Assembly (NCBI GenBank): GCA_002269645.1 | Contig: NIVC01000363.1 | Location: 1-64,000, forward strand | Length of the DNA: 64,000 nt | From: Macrostomum lignano | Taxonomy: Eukaryota | Direction: 5' to 3' | Shown: piece by piece, positions 36,340 through 50,732 of the stretch | How positions within the stretch are numbered: the first letter of the stretch is position 1 | Layout: each line of letters opens with the position of its first letter | The notes under the pieces: generated by a model | Told to the model about the DNA's origin: nothing | The model's input: the letters and a program-made list of their open reading frames with translations, nothing else | Databases searched by the model: none | Position numbers and translations under genes: made by a program

Positions 36340-39300
36340 TTCCAGCGCTGATTCGGCGATCCTGGCGCCAATTTGGGGATCCTGGCGCCAAATTTAGCTT
36401 CCGGCGCCAATTCGAGCTTTCCCGCGCCAATTTGAGCTTTCCAGCGCTATTTTGAGCTTTCCAGGGCTAGTTTGGGTCCTCTCGCGCTGATTTCAGCATT
36501 TCAGCGCTGATTCGGCGATCCTGGCGCCAATTTGGGGATCCTGGCGCCAAATTTAGCTTCCGGCGCCAATTCGAGCTTTCCCGCGCCAATTTGAGCTTTC
36601 CAGCGCTACTTTGAGCTTTCCAGGGCTAGTTTGAGCTTCCTAGGGCTGGTTTGGGCCTTCTTAAGTTGATTTGGGGTTCCTGGCGCCAATTTGGGGATCC
36701 TGGCGCCAAATTTAGCTTCCGGCGCCAATTCGAGCTTTCCCGCGCCAATTTGAGCTTTCCAGCGCTAGTTTGAGCTTTCCAGGGCTAGTTTGAGCTTCCT
36801 AGGGCTGGTTTGGGCCTTCTTGAGTTGATTTGGGGTTCCTGGCGCCAATTTGGGGATCCTGGCGCCAAATTTAGCTTCCGGCGCCAATTCGAGCTTTCCC
36901 GCGCCAATTTGAGCTTTCCAGCGCTAGTTTGAGCTTTCCAGGGCTAGTTTGAGCTTCCTAGCGCTGGTTTGGGCCTTCTTGAGTTGATTTGGGGTTCCTG
37001 GCGCCAATTTGGGGATCCTGGCGCCAAATTTAGCTTCCGGCGCCAATTCGAGCTTTCCCGCGCCAATTTGAGCTTTCCAGCGGTATTTTGAGCTTTCCAG
37101 GGCTAGTTTGGGTCCTCTCGCGCTGATTTCAGCATTTCAGCGCTGATTCGGCGATCCTGGCGCCAATTTGGGGATCCTGGCGCCAAATTTAGCTTCCGGC
37201 GCCAATTCGAGCTTTCCCGCGCCAATTTGAGCTTTCCAGCGCTACTTTGAGCTTTCCAGGGCTAGTTTGAGCTTCCTAGGGCTGGTTTGGGCCTTCTTGA
37301 GTTGATTTGGGGTTCCTGGCGCCAATTTGGGGATCCTGGCGCCAAATTTAGCTTCCGGCGCCAATTCGAGCTTTCCCGCGCCAATTTGAGCTTTCCAGCG
37401 CTATTTTGAGCTTTCCAGGGCTAGTTTGGGTCCTCTCGCGCTGATTTCAGCATTTCAGCGCTGATTCGGCGATCCTGGCGCCAATTTGGGGATCCTGGCG
37501 CCAAATTTAGCTTCCGGCGCCAATTCGAGCTTTCCCGCGCCAATTTGAGCTTTCCAGCGCTACTTTGAGCTTTCCAGGGCTAGTTTGAGCTTCCTAGGGC
37601 TGGTTTGGGCTTTCTTGAGTTGATTTGGGGTTCCTGGCGCCAATTTGGGGATCCTGGCGCCAAATTTAGCTTCCGGCGCCAATTCGAGCTTTCCCGCGCC
37701 AATTTGAGCTTTCCAGCGCTAGTTTGAGCTTTCCAGGGCTAGTTTGAGCTTCCTAGCGCTGGTTTGGGCCTTCTTGAGTTGATTTGGGGTTCCTGGCGCC
37801 AATTTGGGGATCCTGGCGCCAAATTTAGCTTCCGGCGCCAATTCGAGCTTTCCCGCGCCAATTTGAGCTTTCCAGCGCTAGTTTGAGCTTTCCAGGGCTA
37901 GTTTGAGCTTCCTAGCGCTGGTTTGGGCCTTCTTGAGTTGATTTGGGGTTCCTGGCGCCAATTTGGGGATCCTGGCGCCAAATTTAGCTTCCGGCGCCAA
38001 TTCGAGCTTTCCCGCGCCAATTTGAGCTTTCCAGCGGTATTTTGAGCTTTCCAGGGCTAGTTTGGGTCCTCTCGCGCTGATTTCAGCATTTCAGCGCTGA
38101 TTCGGCGATCCTGGCGCCAATTTGGGGATCCTGGCGCCAAATTTAGCTTCCGGCGCCAATTCGAGCTTTCCCGCGCCAATTTGAGCTTTCCAGCGCTACT
38201 TTGAGCTTTCCAGGGCTAGTTTGAGCTTCCTAGGGCTGGTTTGGGCCTTCTTGAGTTGATTTGGGGTTCCTGGCGCCAATTTGGGGATCCTGGCGCCAAA
38301 TTTAGCTTCCGGCGCCAATTCGAGCTTTCCCGCGCCAATTTGAGCTTTCCAGCGCTATTTTGAGCTTTCCAGGGCTAGTTTGGGTCCTCTCGCGCTGATT
38401 TCAGCATTTCAGCGCTGATTCGGCGATCCTGGCGCCAATTTGGGGATCCTGGCGCCAAATTTAGCTTCCGGCGCCAATTCGAGCTTTCCCGCGCCAATTT
38501 GAGCTTTCCAGCGCTACTTTGAGCTTTCCAGGGCTAGTTTGAGCTTCCTAGGGCTGGTTTGGGCTTTCTTGAGTTGATTTGGGGTTCCTGGCGCCAATTT
38601 GGGGATCCTGGCGCCAAATTTAGCTTCCGGCGCCAATTCGAGCTTTCCCGCGCCAATTTGAGCTTTCCAGCGCTAGTTTGAGCTTTCCAGGGCTAGTTTG
38701 AGCTTCCTAGCGCTGGTTTGGGCCTTCTTGAGTTGATTTGGGGTTCCTGGCGCCAATTTGGGGATCCTGGCGCCAAATTTAGCTTCCGGCGCCAATTCGA
38801 GCTTTCCCGCGCCAATTTGAGCTTTCCAGCGCTAGTTTGAGCTTTCCAGGGCTAGTTTGAGCTTCCTAGCGCTGGTTTGGGCCTTCTTGAGTTGATTTGG
38901 GGTTCCTGGCGCCAATTTGGGGATCCTGGCGCCAAATTTAGCTTCCGGCGCCAATTCGAGCTTTCCCGCGCCAATTTGAGCTTTCCAGCGGTATTTTGAG
39001 CTTTCCAGGGCTAGTTTGGGTCCTCTCGCGCTGATTTCAGCATTTCAGCGCTGATTCGGCGATCCTGGCGCCAATTTGGGGATCCTGGCGCCAAATTTAG
39101 CTTCCGGCGCCAATTCGAGCTTTCCCGCGCCAATTTGAGCTTTCCAGCGCTACTTTGAGCTTTCCAGGGCTAGTTTGAGCTTCCTAGGGCTGGTTTGGGC
39201 CTTCTTGAGTTGATTTGGGGTTCCTGGCGCCAATTTGGGGATCCTGGCGCCAAATTTAGCTTCCGGCGCCAATTCGAGCTTTCCCGCGCCAATTTGAGCT

Positions 39301-40165
39301 TTCCAGCAGTATTTTGAGCTTTCCAGGGCTAGTTTGAGCTTCCTAGGGCTGGTTTGGGCTTTCTTGAGTTGATTTGGGGTTCCTGGCGCCAATTTGGGGA
39401 TCCTGGCGCCAAATTTAGCTTCCGGCGCCAATTCGAGCTTTCCCGCGCCAATTTGAGCTTTCCAGCGCTAGTTTGAGCTTTCCAGGGCTAGTTTGAGCTT
39501 CCTAGGGCTGGTTTAGGCCTTCTTGAGTTGATTTGGGGTTCCTGGCGCCAATTTGGGGATCCTGGCGCCAAATTTAGCTTCCGGCGCCAATTCGAGCTTT
39601 CCCGCGCCAATTCGAGCTTTCCCGCGCCAATTTGAGCTTTCCAGCGCTACTTTGAGCTTTCCAGGGCTAGTTTGAGCTTCCTATGGCTGGTTTAGGCCTT
39701 CTTGAGTTGATTTGGGGTTCCTGGCGCCAATTTGGGGATCCTGGCGCCAAATTTAGCTTCCGGCGCCAATTCGAGCTTTCCCGCGCCAATTTGAGCTTTC
39801 CAGCGCTAGTTTGAGCTTTCCAGGGCTAGTTTGAGCTTCCTAGGGCTGGTTTAGGCCTTCTTGAGTTGATTTGGGGTTCCTGGCGCCAATTTGGGGATCC
39901 TGGCGCCAAATTTAGCTTCCGGCGCCAATTCGAGCTTTCCCGAGCCAATTTGAGCTTTCCAGCGCTATTTTGAGCTTTCCAGGGCTAGTTTGGGTCCTCT
40001 CGCGCTGATTTCAGCATTTCAGCGCTGATTCGGCGATCCTGGCGCCAATTTGGGGATCCTGGCGCCAAATTTAGCTTCCGGCGCCAATTCGAGCTTTCCC
40101 GCGCCAATTTGAGCTTTCCAGCGCTAGTTTGAGCTTTCCAGGGCTAGTTTGAGCTTCCTAGGGCT
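36340..40165. repeat. 159-bp satellite (24 monomers) built from eight ~20-bp subrepeats, with a 954-bp higher-order repeat
   Basis: Monomer starts at 36361, 36520, 36679, 36838... Two monomer types (A ends CTTGAGTTGATTTGGGGTT, B ends TCAGCGCTGATTCGGCGAT) occur in order BAAABA x3 (36361, 37315, 38269). Confidence 0.93.
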
Positions 40166-43100
40166 GGTTTGGGCCAGTTAGTTAACCTGAGTTACTTAAC
40201 TTTAGGCCTGCAACTGCCACATTAATGGACTGCCACATCGCTAACTTTCAGGCGGTTGAGCCAAATAAATTGGAGAATTATTTTTTGTTTTAATCGTATG
40301 TGGGGAAAATCACTATATATAGGAGCGGTTTCGCGACAAATATACTCTAACTGTCTTTTACCCGTGAGCAAATAATTGCGAACAGAATAAGCAGTTCAAT
40401 CTAAACCATTTCAAAGTCTTTGAGCTAAATAGCGACTTCTTCATTTGCAAAACCTGTGAAACGATTCTAAGAAATTTGCTAAGAGAAGGGAATTGGGACT
40501 AATTCCTGGAGATATACTAAGAGAGGCGCCGTGACCCTCTAGTCTCGGTGAACGCCCGATTAGGACTATACACTAATACATATACCAGTACTAGACCGCT
40601 CAGGCCATAAGCTACTAGAACGCTACCAGAAAGCAAGCCATAAGCTACCAGAAACGCTACTAAGAACGCTACCAGAAACGCTACTAAGAACGCTACCCAG
40701 AAATATTTAAATGAAATTCTAAGAAATAGTTAGGCGGTTAAAGTCAAAACTGGGGAGTCAGAAAATGTAGAAAAAAATTTGTTGTATCAATTGGTAATTT
40801 TTTATACAATTTTTTATATTTCCGTTAAGTGGTCTCAAAAAAACATTTTTAAAGCACAAAATACACCTCTTAATAAATTTCCTACCCATTTGTTAATCTT
40901 TACTTTTACGGAACTGTACGGACGCAGAATCAGAAACTAAATAAAGTATTATAAAAATAAATGTTTTATACAAACCCGTAAAAGTAGTTTTTATCTGAAA
41001 AAAATTAGGTAAATATTGCAATAGATATTTTTTAAATAAATATTAGGCTGGATTTTGTTAAACTGCTTACTTTGTTTACGTCGCGCCTGTTTGTGTTCTG
41101 AAATACTCTCGTTAATTTAGTTATCAGTTTCATGTTAATAAGTACTTTATTTATTATTGATGTTTGGCCTGGTTCTTTTTACGGATGTGAAATATCAGCA
41201 AACTTTTTTGGATTGAATTAAATATGAGATTTAGATATTGATTACTGACTTCTGTATTTCAAGCATTGCAAACGTCTAGCATCAATTTTCTGCTTATCTA
41301 TCTAATTCATGAACAATAATCGATCGAGGATTCTAGATATATGCTTTATTTTATAAGCCACGGCTTATGAATAGGCAAATGACTCATGAGACTGAGGTTT
41401 AAATAATTTTACTGAATAGAATGACAAATAAAGGTGTCTATCAAGTTTTTTTATAAAATAGCTTTATCCACCCACGCTCTTGTTTAACTATATTTTTGTT
41501 CTGAGGCATAATTTGTAGTCTAGTTCAGATTGCTATTTATATTTAACTGTCCGTGTCTTAGGCCTATTTTATTTTTTGCTAATGACGTAGTAATAAAAAA
41601 TATAATGTAAATATAAATTTTTGTACAGCTTTACAGCTTAGAATTACTTCGAAACTGATATATGCTTTTTTATAAAAGCCATTAGGCCTTAGCTAAGTGA
41701 TAATCTACCTTATGATTACTGATAATGATACTGTTTATTATAGCCATCACTATGCACTTTGAAGTATATATATAATTTAAATTGCTAAATAATTAACAAG
41801 TAGCAAGTAAAACAGGTAATAACTTTTTTTAAACTTTAACTTTATAGTTTCATATAATTTGCAATGTAAAAAGCTATATAAAATGTGACTTGCACTATTC
41901 TTTAAAATGTATAATTGCAATATGTTTTCATTTGCATTATTTGTTACATTTATTTCATTTAAAACTCACATTATGAGCTTTAAGAACTTAGAACATGTTA
42001 AAAGTTAAAAATGCAAAACCTGATATATTTGCTTTTTAAAAAATTAGAAAATAGCAATATTTTATTATATATTTTATTGTTTACAAACTGGCTTTAAATG
42101 CCTAGCAGGAGTGTTTCCTTTTATACTATTGTATATATAATATACCAATAAATTCTTAACTTGCTTTAGTAGAAGTTTTTTAGACTTAAATGTAAGTAAA
42201 ATATGTTAAATGTTTTTCACTTTAATTTCAGCCATGCCAGGACTTCTTTGGGAGATCTTCTCAGCTGCATTTTATGATATGCCTTTCATTCTGAGCTCTA
42301 AACCTGAGGCCTTACTTAAACAATGAAACTGGTGGACTTGCTATATGTTACCTTTACATTTGGTTGAGTGAGTCTAGTGCTTTCTCCATGAACCAACCTG
42401 ATCTGTCTGAGCAACCTGTTGCAATGTTGGCGACTCCTGCACCTAGCAGGCCACTTCTGCCCACAACTGGTTCAGGTGCTGCGCTGCTACTTTTGGATTC
42501 TGGCACCCAAGATTCTGGTGGCTATGTGGCCTACATTTTCTCTCAGACCACAAGACACACCTTTTTAGAACCTTATGTTTTATAGTGTGTTTTATTGTAT
42601 GGGCCTAGTGGCTATACCAAAAATCTTGTTTTGCATTTAAGTTAATAAAACTTCTGCTTCAGGAATTTATTACTTGTGCCTAAAAATTCTAAAACCTATT
42701 TCTGTTGCCTGTTCATCTTTTTCACTAAATCAAGAGGCATTAAGAGCTTCATTTAGAGCTCTGTGAGATTCACATTTGTATTGAAACTGTTTGGATAGGA
42801 TCATAACCATGCCCCCCACCCAGATATCTTTTTTACCCTTCTTGAGGTAGCCATATTGATTTTCTGTTCTGGTCTGTGCAGACTGCTCTATACGTCCATG
42901 GCCATAGATTAAAATATTTGAGCTGATGCTGCTTTATTAATAAAACTTTTTATTATCCGATCAATGTGTTTGGGAAGTCGTGTTTTAAATCGTAGGCTCG
43001 TTTACTCGTATATTTGTTGAAATTAAGCAAGAGCTCGTCAATCGTTTCGCGCTTGTTCCTGCAGTCTATCAATTGTGGGTCTGTAAGCCAAGCATATACC

Positions 43101-45196
43101 CATAAACTAATACGTGGCTGCTGGCAGCCACACATCACAGGTACATAGCTGGTTGAGCTTAAAAAGCACTTATTAGTTATATAAGGAGTATGCTATAGTA
43201 AAAATAAAAGCATCCTAGCTTTCAAAGCTAGAACATTACAACGCTACCACGCTGAAGAGGGCTCGTACTCTCATGCCAGAGCGAACGCAGAAAAGTCGAT
43301 ACAAAAGAGGCCAAATTGCAACGTAAAAGTGAAAATAAGGAAGCACATACTGCGCGTGTTCTCAAACTCTGCTCGAGCAGCTCAGATTGGCCCTGCTGAA
43401 ACTGAAGTGCAGCATACTGCCAGACTGTGCTCAAAATCTGCTTGTGTCGAACAAAGCTGAGTGACAGAGTCCAACTTGCAGCGATGCGCCAGACTGGATT
43501 CTGATCGACTACCCGCCGAACATAAGAGGTGGGGTTCTCTACAATGGTTGTCAATTATGTTGACACAAGTTGTTGCTGCGTGTAGCGATTTGTAGCGATT
43601 TTTATTTTCATTCCGTTTCCAAACAGCTGAAAGGTACATCTGTGGAGATGAACATTTTATTATTAGAGAGATAATGAGTGAACACTTTGTCTGTATTTTT
43701 TGCTGTCTTCTTTCTATTCCAATAGGATTCTAGCACCATGCAGATTTCAAGATATTAAATTATGAGTTCCAAGTTATTTAAGCATGATTACATAGTCTGT
43801 TACAATGCTATAACCTTCATGATGCCCCAAAATTATTGATCCTAGGTAAATCTGATGTCAGTTAAGCAGACCAATGAATTTAAAGTAAATTTAAAGTCAA
43901 TCAGACCTGATTATTTGGTGTTAGTAAGTGAAATCTGATTAATCTGGTGATCTTAGACTAGAATTGCTAGTCATAAAAAATTTTAAGTGATGGTCAATAA
44001 AAAGATGTTTAAAGTAATTTTTACAAAATTTACCTCAAATTATTCAGTATGAAATAAGCAGAATAACTATCATTAAAAATAAATAAAGCCTAATTCATTA
44101 CAAAATATACATTAAATGGCAATAAAATTATATTAGGTTGTCCCTGCTGCAAAGCCAAAAAAATGCTTCTTTATAGGGTTCTTTGCAGTGCCTTGAGGAA
44201 ATATCTAAGCTTTTCATTGTACATGCTCCACACAGTGGGCTTCCGGAGAAAAAAATCATGACAAAAACTAACATTTATGGCATTTAAGAGCCAACAAAGA
44301 GTACCATTTAGTAAAGAAAAAAAATGCTTCAAGCTTGATAGGTGTGTAATAACATATTTCAATTCTAAAAGCTGGAAATTATTCATTTTGATGCAACAGA
44401 CTACTGGAGAAAATCACTTTGTGCTCTCTAACTATTAAAAAGTATTTTTATATTGTTATAGAATGGTTATACAATAAGTAATATATTAGGCTTTTTCAAT
44501 AAAAAGCATCGATTTTATGCTAAATTATTTTCTAAAATGTAAAAGTGAATAATCCAATTGGATACATCAATTTAGATTAGTTTTTAACATATTCTCATAT
44601 GAGCATATAGGTGGGATGTCATAATCAATGTTTACTACCAAAACGAAGAATATTCGAACTACAGTAAGGTTTATACAAATAAAGCATTACTCATGCATGC
44701 ATTTAATGCAAATTAACTTAAAACTTTCACCAACTACATTAATTCATACATTTTTAGCCCTTATTTGTAAATTATATAGAATTTTTTTCACACGTGTTCA
44801 ACGTGGTTGAATTTCCGCCAAAAAAATTATCGCTGAAAAGGACATATTTTGTCTTTTAGAGGAGCGAAAAAGACTAATTTTACTTAGATTATAGTAAAAT
44901 TATTTATAATTCACAGTTTAATGCAAGATTTAACCGGCCATACTCATTAGAAAACAGATACAATTTGGTATTACAAAGTTTGAATGGTGTAAACTCGCGA
45001 TGCCCTCGTTTTGACTTTGCCCCTAGGGAGTAAAAGCAAGTATAATCAGGATAACTGTAGTTGGCAAATCGGTGGGATTAAAATTGATAAAGTAAGAGGT
45101 GAAAGGCCTGTAACAACTTTGGTGGCAGCTCGTAGGATATTTAATAAACACTAATAGTTAGAAGTTTAGAAAGACAGAGCCAAAAGGCCTGTCACA

Positions 45197-46099
45197 CTAT
45201 ATTAGGCAAAAACTTTTTAAACCCAACAGGCAACATACATGTATATAATACAACAGACTGACATGCTTTGCATCCTAAATTAAAAGAATGGTAGTATTCA
45301 TTAACCGAGATCAAATGCTATCGCTTGATTTTGTGATGCAAAAATGACGCTTTTTCTGTCTCCGCATCCGCACTGTTATTTTTGATGGATATTAGCCTTC
45401 AAAAATTATAAAATTGCACGGCGAATGCCGCGAATGTACTGCCTGAGGTCTTGAGAAAGTGTCTGAATAATTTTACTTTACTCTAGAACTGTATTAAATG
45501 CATGACAATTCATAATAACAATTAGGCTGCATTCTCATATGAACTTTAAAAATCATAAATTTACGATACATTAAATAAAAAGTAACTGAGTTCTTGTTGT
45601 CAACAGCTACGAAAACATTAACAAAACTGAACTTACCTTTCGATTTTTTTACTCGTCCATGATAAAAGCAGGGAAGTTTTTAAGTTTTATTGCAATACAT
45701 AAAACATTTAAGACTTTTTTACCAGAAAAAATGTATCTAAGGTGGCACAACAGTTGAACTTTCAAATATAGATTCTTTTTTTAATAATTACGATACGTCG
45801 AAACGGTACCGGTATAATTGATCTTCGACTTCAATGACAATAAATATGACAGGAACTAAATGTGCTTCACCCGAAGTGTTACAAAAGATTACTAAGTGTT
45901 CAATATTAGCACTGCTAGACTCAAACCGTGCCAAAACAAAAACAAACCAAAAAACACAGACCATGAGTGATGAGCGCATGACTTCATGAGAGTTACTTAA
46001 CTTTAGGCCTGCAACTGCCACATTAATGGACTGCCACATCGCTAACTTTCAGGCGGTTGAGCTTGCTGCTGATATTGGCAGCAGTGTGAGCTGTGAGCG
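45197..46099 (+). repeat. ~900-bp segment duplicated nearby; the second copy (46341-46933 plus 50733-51070) is split by a DNA transposon
   Basis: 45197-45789 is nearly identical to 46341-46933; 45786-46099 is nearly identical to 50733-51070. Confidence 0.93.
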
Positions 46100-46933
46100 C
46101 GTGCATGCAAGGAGCCTACCTAGTTTTCATTTTTAATACACTTATGAATTTTTTTACTGTTGTGTCCCTTCTTCACACTTTATATGCTACATTATATATA
46201 TACTTGTTTCAAGACAAAGCAAAACAAAATATTTCGGCTACTGATACTAATGTCACTAGTGAGTATTTATAACCTTTGGCTTGTAAAAATTTTAAAAAGA
46301 ATTATATCTAAATTATATTCAGATTAAATCTAAATATAATCTATATTAGGCAAAAACTTTTTAAACCCAACAGGCAACATACATGTATATAATACAACAG
46401 ACTGACATGCTTTGCATCCTAAATTAAAAGAATGGTAGTATTCATTAACCGAGATCAAATGCTATCGCTTGATTTTGTGATGCAAAAATGACGCTTTTTC
46501 TGTCTCCGCATCCGCACTGTTATTTTTGATGGATATTAGCCTCCAAAAATTATAAAATTGCACGGCGAATGCCGCGAATGTACTGCCTGAGGTCTTGAGA
46601 AAGTGTCTGAATAATTTTACTTTACTCTAGAACTGTATTAAATGCATGACAATTCATAATAACAATTAGGCTGCATTCTCATATGAACTTTAAAAATCAT
46701 AAATTTACGATACATTAAATAAAAAGTAACTGAGTTCTTGTTGTCAACAGCTACGAAAACATTAACAAAACTGAACTTACCTTTCGATTTTTTTACTCGT
46801 CCATGATAAAAGCAGGGGAGTTTTTAAGTTTTATTGCAATACATAAAACATTTAAGACTTTTTTACCAGAAAAAATGTATCTAAGGTGGCACAACAGTTG
46901 AACTTTCAAATATAGATTCTTTTTTTAATAATT

Positions 46934-49900
46934 GGGTCGTTCTCAAAGCTAGGTCACAACTTTTTGTTATTGCAAAAAAAGTTTATACATCGACCAATAA
47001 TCGTACAAAAAAAATTCTTTTGACAATTTCTGTAAGAAGCTGCTACTAAAACCACAAGAAAACTTGAAATTGAGAAGAAATCAAGGCTATTTGTTATTCT
47101 TTGTTGCGGAAAATAAACGACAAAAATATTAAAGAGAAAATAAAATTTTCTTCCATTTTTATTTTAAATATGCAGTTAAATTTCTTTTGCAAAAATAAAA
47201 GAACAAGAAATTGACAAAGGAAATGTTTTTGAGCACAGCATTTTGTTACTCTGCTCTAAATCCCAGACATTTAAAATTATCGTGTGCGAAAAAGTGCGAA
47301 ATTATTATAGCATGCACTCGAAAGAACTTCGATCAGTTTAACTAATCACTGAATTGAGAAGTCTAAATAAGTCTTGAAAGGTTGAATTAAAAATCAAGTT
47401 TTCACTATGTATCTTTTCAAAGGCAAGATGATTCGACAAATAAAGAATGTTCATTGTTACCTTGAATAGAATTGTTCATTTTTACATTAAATATAATAAA
47501 ATCTAACTAATAATAGAAAAAGTCAGGGAACTATCCTTGAACACCAAAAAGCACATTGTGGATTTAATATCGACTGCATGTTCCTTAATAAAGGAATTCA
47601 GATACTAGTATATATTTGATTATTTGTAGCATAATTTCTGAAAACCATAACTTGCTTGATTTTACTTTAAGTACTCATTACATTAATACTTATACCAAAG
47701 CTACATGTACTTAAAATAAAAAATCATAGTTACTTATTAGACATTTTACTCCAATTAACTTAAAATAATTCAAATTTATTTTAATTAATTCATTTTTTGA
47801 AACTTTTTGGAAAATAGACAAAATTGAATTATTTAATTACCAAAAACCTACTAGCTTAACTAAAATAGCAATTAGTCTTTAAGAAAAGATTTCACTTGTT
47901 AATTGAGAAAAATGTGGATGTGCGAGGTGTAAAAATGCGAAAGAGCATGCAGGAAACAGAGACAAACAAAAATGTAGGTAAAAGACACTGCACATGCACA
48001 TAATATGATAACCAGACATAATGCGCACACTGAAACACCAGTAGCAATGAAGCTCAAGCTTTTGATGATCACAAGCGAAAAGGCAAAACCCAGCCATCAA
48101 TCAAAGAAGTAGACTATAGCACGCATCTTGAGTGCATCACGCATTTTTTGCAGAGAAGCTCGAAAATTAACATTGTATTCTGTGCACAACCACCAACTGC
48201 GACAGGGTCTGCCGGGGGATTTGTGGGCACGCGGTCGCGGATACAAATCGGAGGAGTCGCTGACCATTCTGAAATTACTAGCTAGTACATGTAATTTTGT
48301 GTATTAATATATTTAGCCCGCTTTATTTCTATGCTCTCGTCTGCCTCTCGTTAATGCATCCCCAGACTCATGCAATAATCAAACTTATGATCGAACTATG
48401 CATGGCTTCCGTCCCTCGCTTTGAATCTCTCACCTCCCCATAGTTCCATCAACCTTACCGTAGTGGCTTCCTATGCAAAAATCATCCCTCCGCATCTTAC
48501 ACAGGCTACTTCAGGCTGTAGACTGTACTACACTATTAATTAGTTGCGCTAAGGAATCTACATGTATTTGCTCGCAGCGCAGCGCGCTGCTCAAAGAAGT
48601 TTAGATCTGTCTAGATATTCTAGTAATTTCAGGTTTGTCCATAGACTAGAGCTCATGAGATGAGAATTCCATTAACTAGTACGTTTAATGTGAATGAACT
48701 ACGTGTGTGTGTGCTGTGCATACATATGTATAATATACGAGTAGTTTATGGGCCAAATTATTGTGTGGCACAATTCTTGGCATCACTCAGCAGGCACAAG
48801 ATGCAGTTAAGCAGCGCACGAAAATTCTACAAAAGAAATTGAGCCTGGTTGAGGTGATGCGAGGAGGCAGATCCACACAATCTCAGTGAATACACCAGAC
48901 TGCACCAGATACGAGTCCAGTCGAATGTGCGCACTGGTCTAAGCAGCACACGCATGTCCTCCTGACAATGACGGCACCTAGCTTCGTCCAAGCCTTTGCC
49001 AGCGTCACTGACAGCGTCAATACTACCATGCAGTGCCACCTGCAGCACCGACAACGGCAATTCCTCCAGTTAGCCCACAACAGTGGCTAAACTGAGGGAC
49101 AGGGAACCTACCCGCAGAAGACACACACATACACACACAGCACCGGCAGCAGCACTCTGACAGCATAACCTAAAGCTCCATGAGCTCAGTTTTCAAGCAT
49201 TGAAGAAGCAGAAGCAGTCATCTTGAATCCAGGGATCAGGAAGAGTGTTGCATGTCCGACATGTGCTGTTTCCGTGGCAAAAGGTGATGGAGCAAATTAA
49301 TCAACACTTACTATCTAGCTCGTATTAAGACTAAAAAACTGAGGCAAGCTGGGATTAAACCAAAGAAAATTTTTTACTATACTTTTTTACCATATACTTT
49401 TACTATACTTCTATAGTATAGTAGAGAGGTACTCTATTTAAATGCAGTAAGAAGTGAAACAAATTTATATATTTAATTATTAAAATTAAATTAATTCAAG
49501 GTAAATAACTAATTTAACCAATTTATTAGGAGTATTTAATATTATAATAAATTGATTTTTATACCTTACACGAAATAAGCTCTACATTCATTTCTTAGCT
49601 TGGGGCCCATCTGTATAAGGTCAGTTTCTTCAAAATGCTGATTAATTAATTAAGGCCTGTTGTCTTTACTTAAATTTATAAGGGCATCTTAGAAGTTAAT
49701 ATTACTATATAATACATGTATAATATTATTACTATATTATAATAATATAGTTGCAATTTTAATGACTATTGAATAAGTCTAAATGCTTCCCCTATTGACT
49801 TTAAATATATGGTATCTTTCCCTTCAGAAAAAATTAGCATAGAATGACTTGATGAAAACAAAAAAAATCATTTCGAGATACACATTTGCTGATCATTCAG

Positions 49901-50732
49901 GTCAAATTTCAAGGTCCAGTTTTGCACATGTTTCTCTGTAGCTTGGTTACAAGGATTCTAATAAAAATATAATAAATATGTCCAATGAACTAACTGATAC
50001 ATAGCCAAATTGAAGTATTTTCAAAAACAAAAAAATCATTTGCTCAGTTTACTTTACTGGATATCTGTGTAAAATTTCAGCTCAAAAGGTGCTCCATGGA
50101 GAATGCTAGTGTGGTTACAGGATATGTATTTTGTGCTTCAAAGTAGGAGTTTATTGCGATGCATGGTTGCTTTTAATTATTTTTATCAACAATAGTGCTC
50201 TATTTCATAACAATTTTTTACAAAAAGATAATAAGACATGTTTTTCTAATTATCTGCATCAAAATGTATCATTTTAAGCGCACATTCTAGACGTCAGCTG
50301 AAAAATACATTTTGTGAGACGCAAAGAGGCTATCCCACCGGAAATGCTAGGCGTACAGTTAAGCGTCCATAAAATCATTTATAGTGCAGTTTATTAAGCT
50401 TTAAAAAAAATCTTAAATTAAATTTATATAAGCTTTCATTTTAAATGTAATATAGCAAGTTTTCAACACAACAACAACTTTTTTTAGCTACAGACATCAT
50501 AGTGTCAAAAATTAGGACATCGGTGAAGTGATTGAATTTGAATTTTTTCATCACCTAATATCGCCTAATACCGCAAGACAACTTAAAACACTTTTGCAAC
50601 ATAAATTTCAACCCAAAAATTATCTTTATTCACAGATGAAAGTGTCCTATTATTTTCAATACGGCAGTAACAATAGTAAATGTTCCGAAAATTGTTAAAA
50701 TTTTCGCTCCTCCCAGAATTTGAGAACGACCC
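46934..50732. mobile_element. 3.8-kb non-autonomous TIR DNA transposon, Sola-like
   Basis: Perfect 14-bp TIR GGGTCGTTCTCAAA / TTTGAGAACGACCC; 4-bp TSD AATT (46930-33, 50733-36); empty site TTAATAATTACGATACG at 45781-45797. GRG termini and AWWT TSDs are described for Sola elements. No intact transposase seen. Confidence 0.85.
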
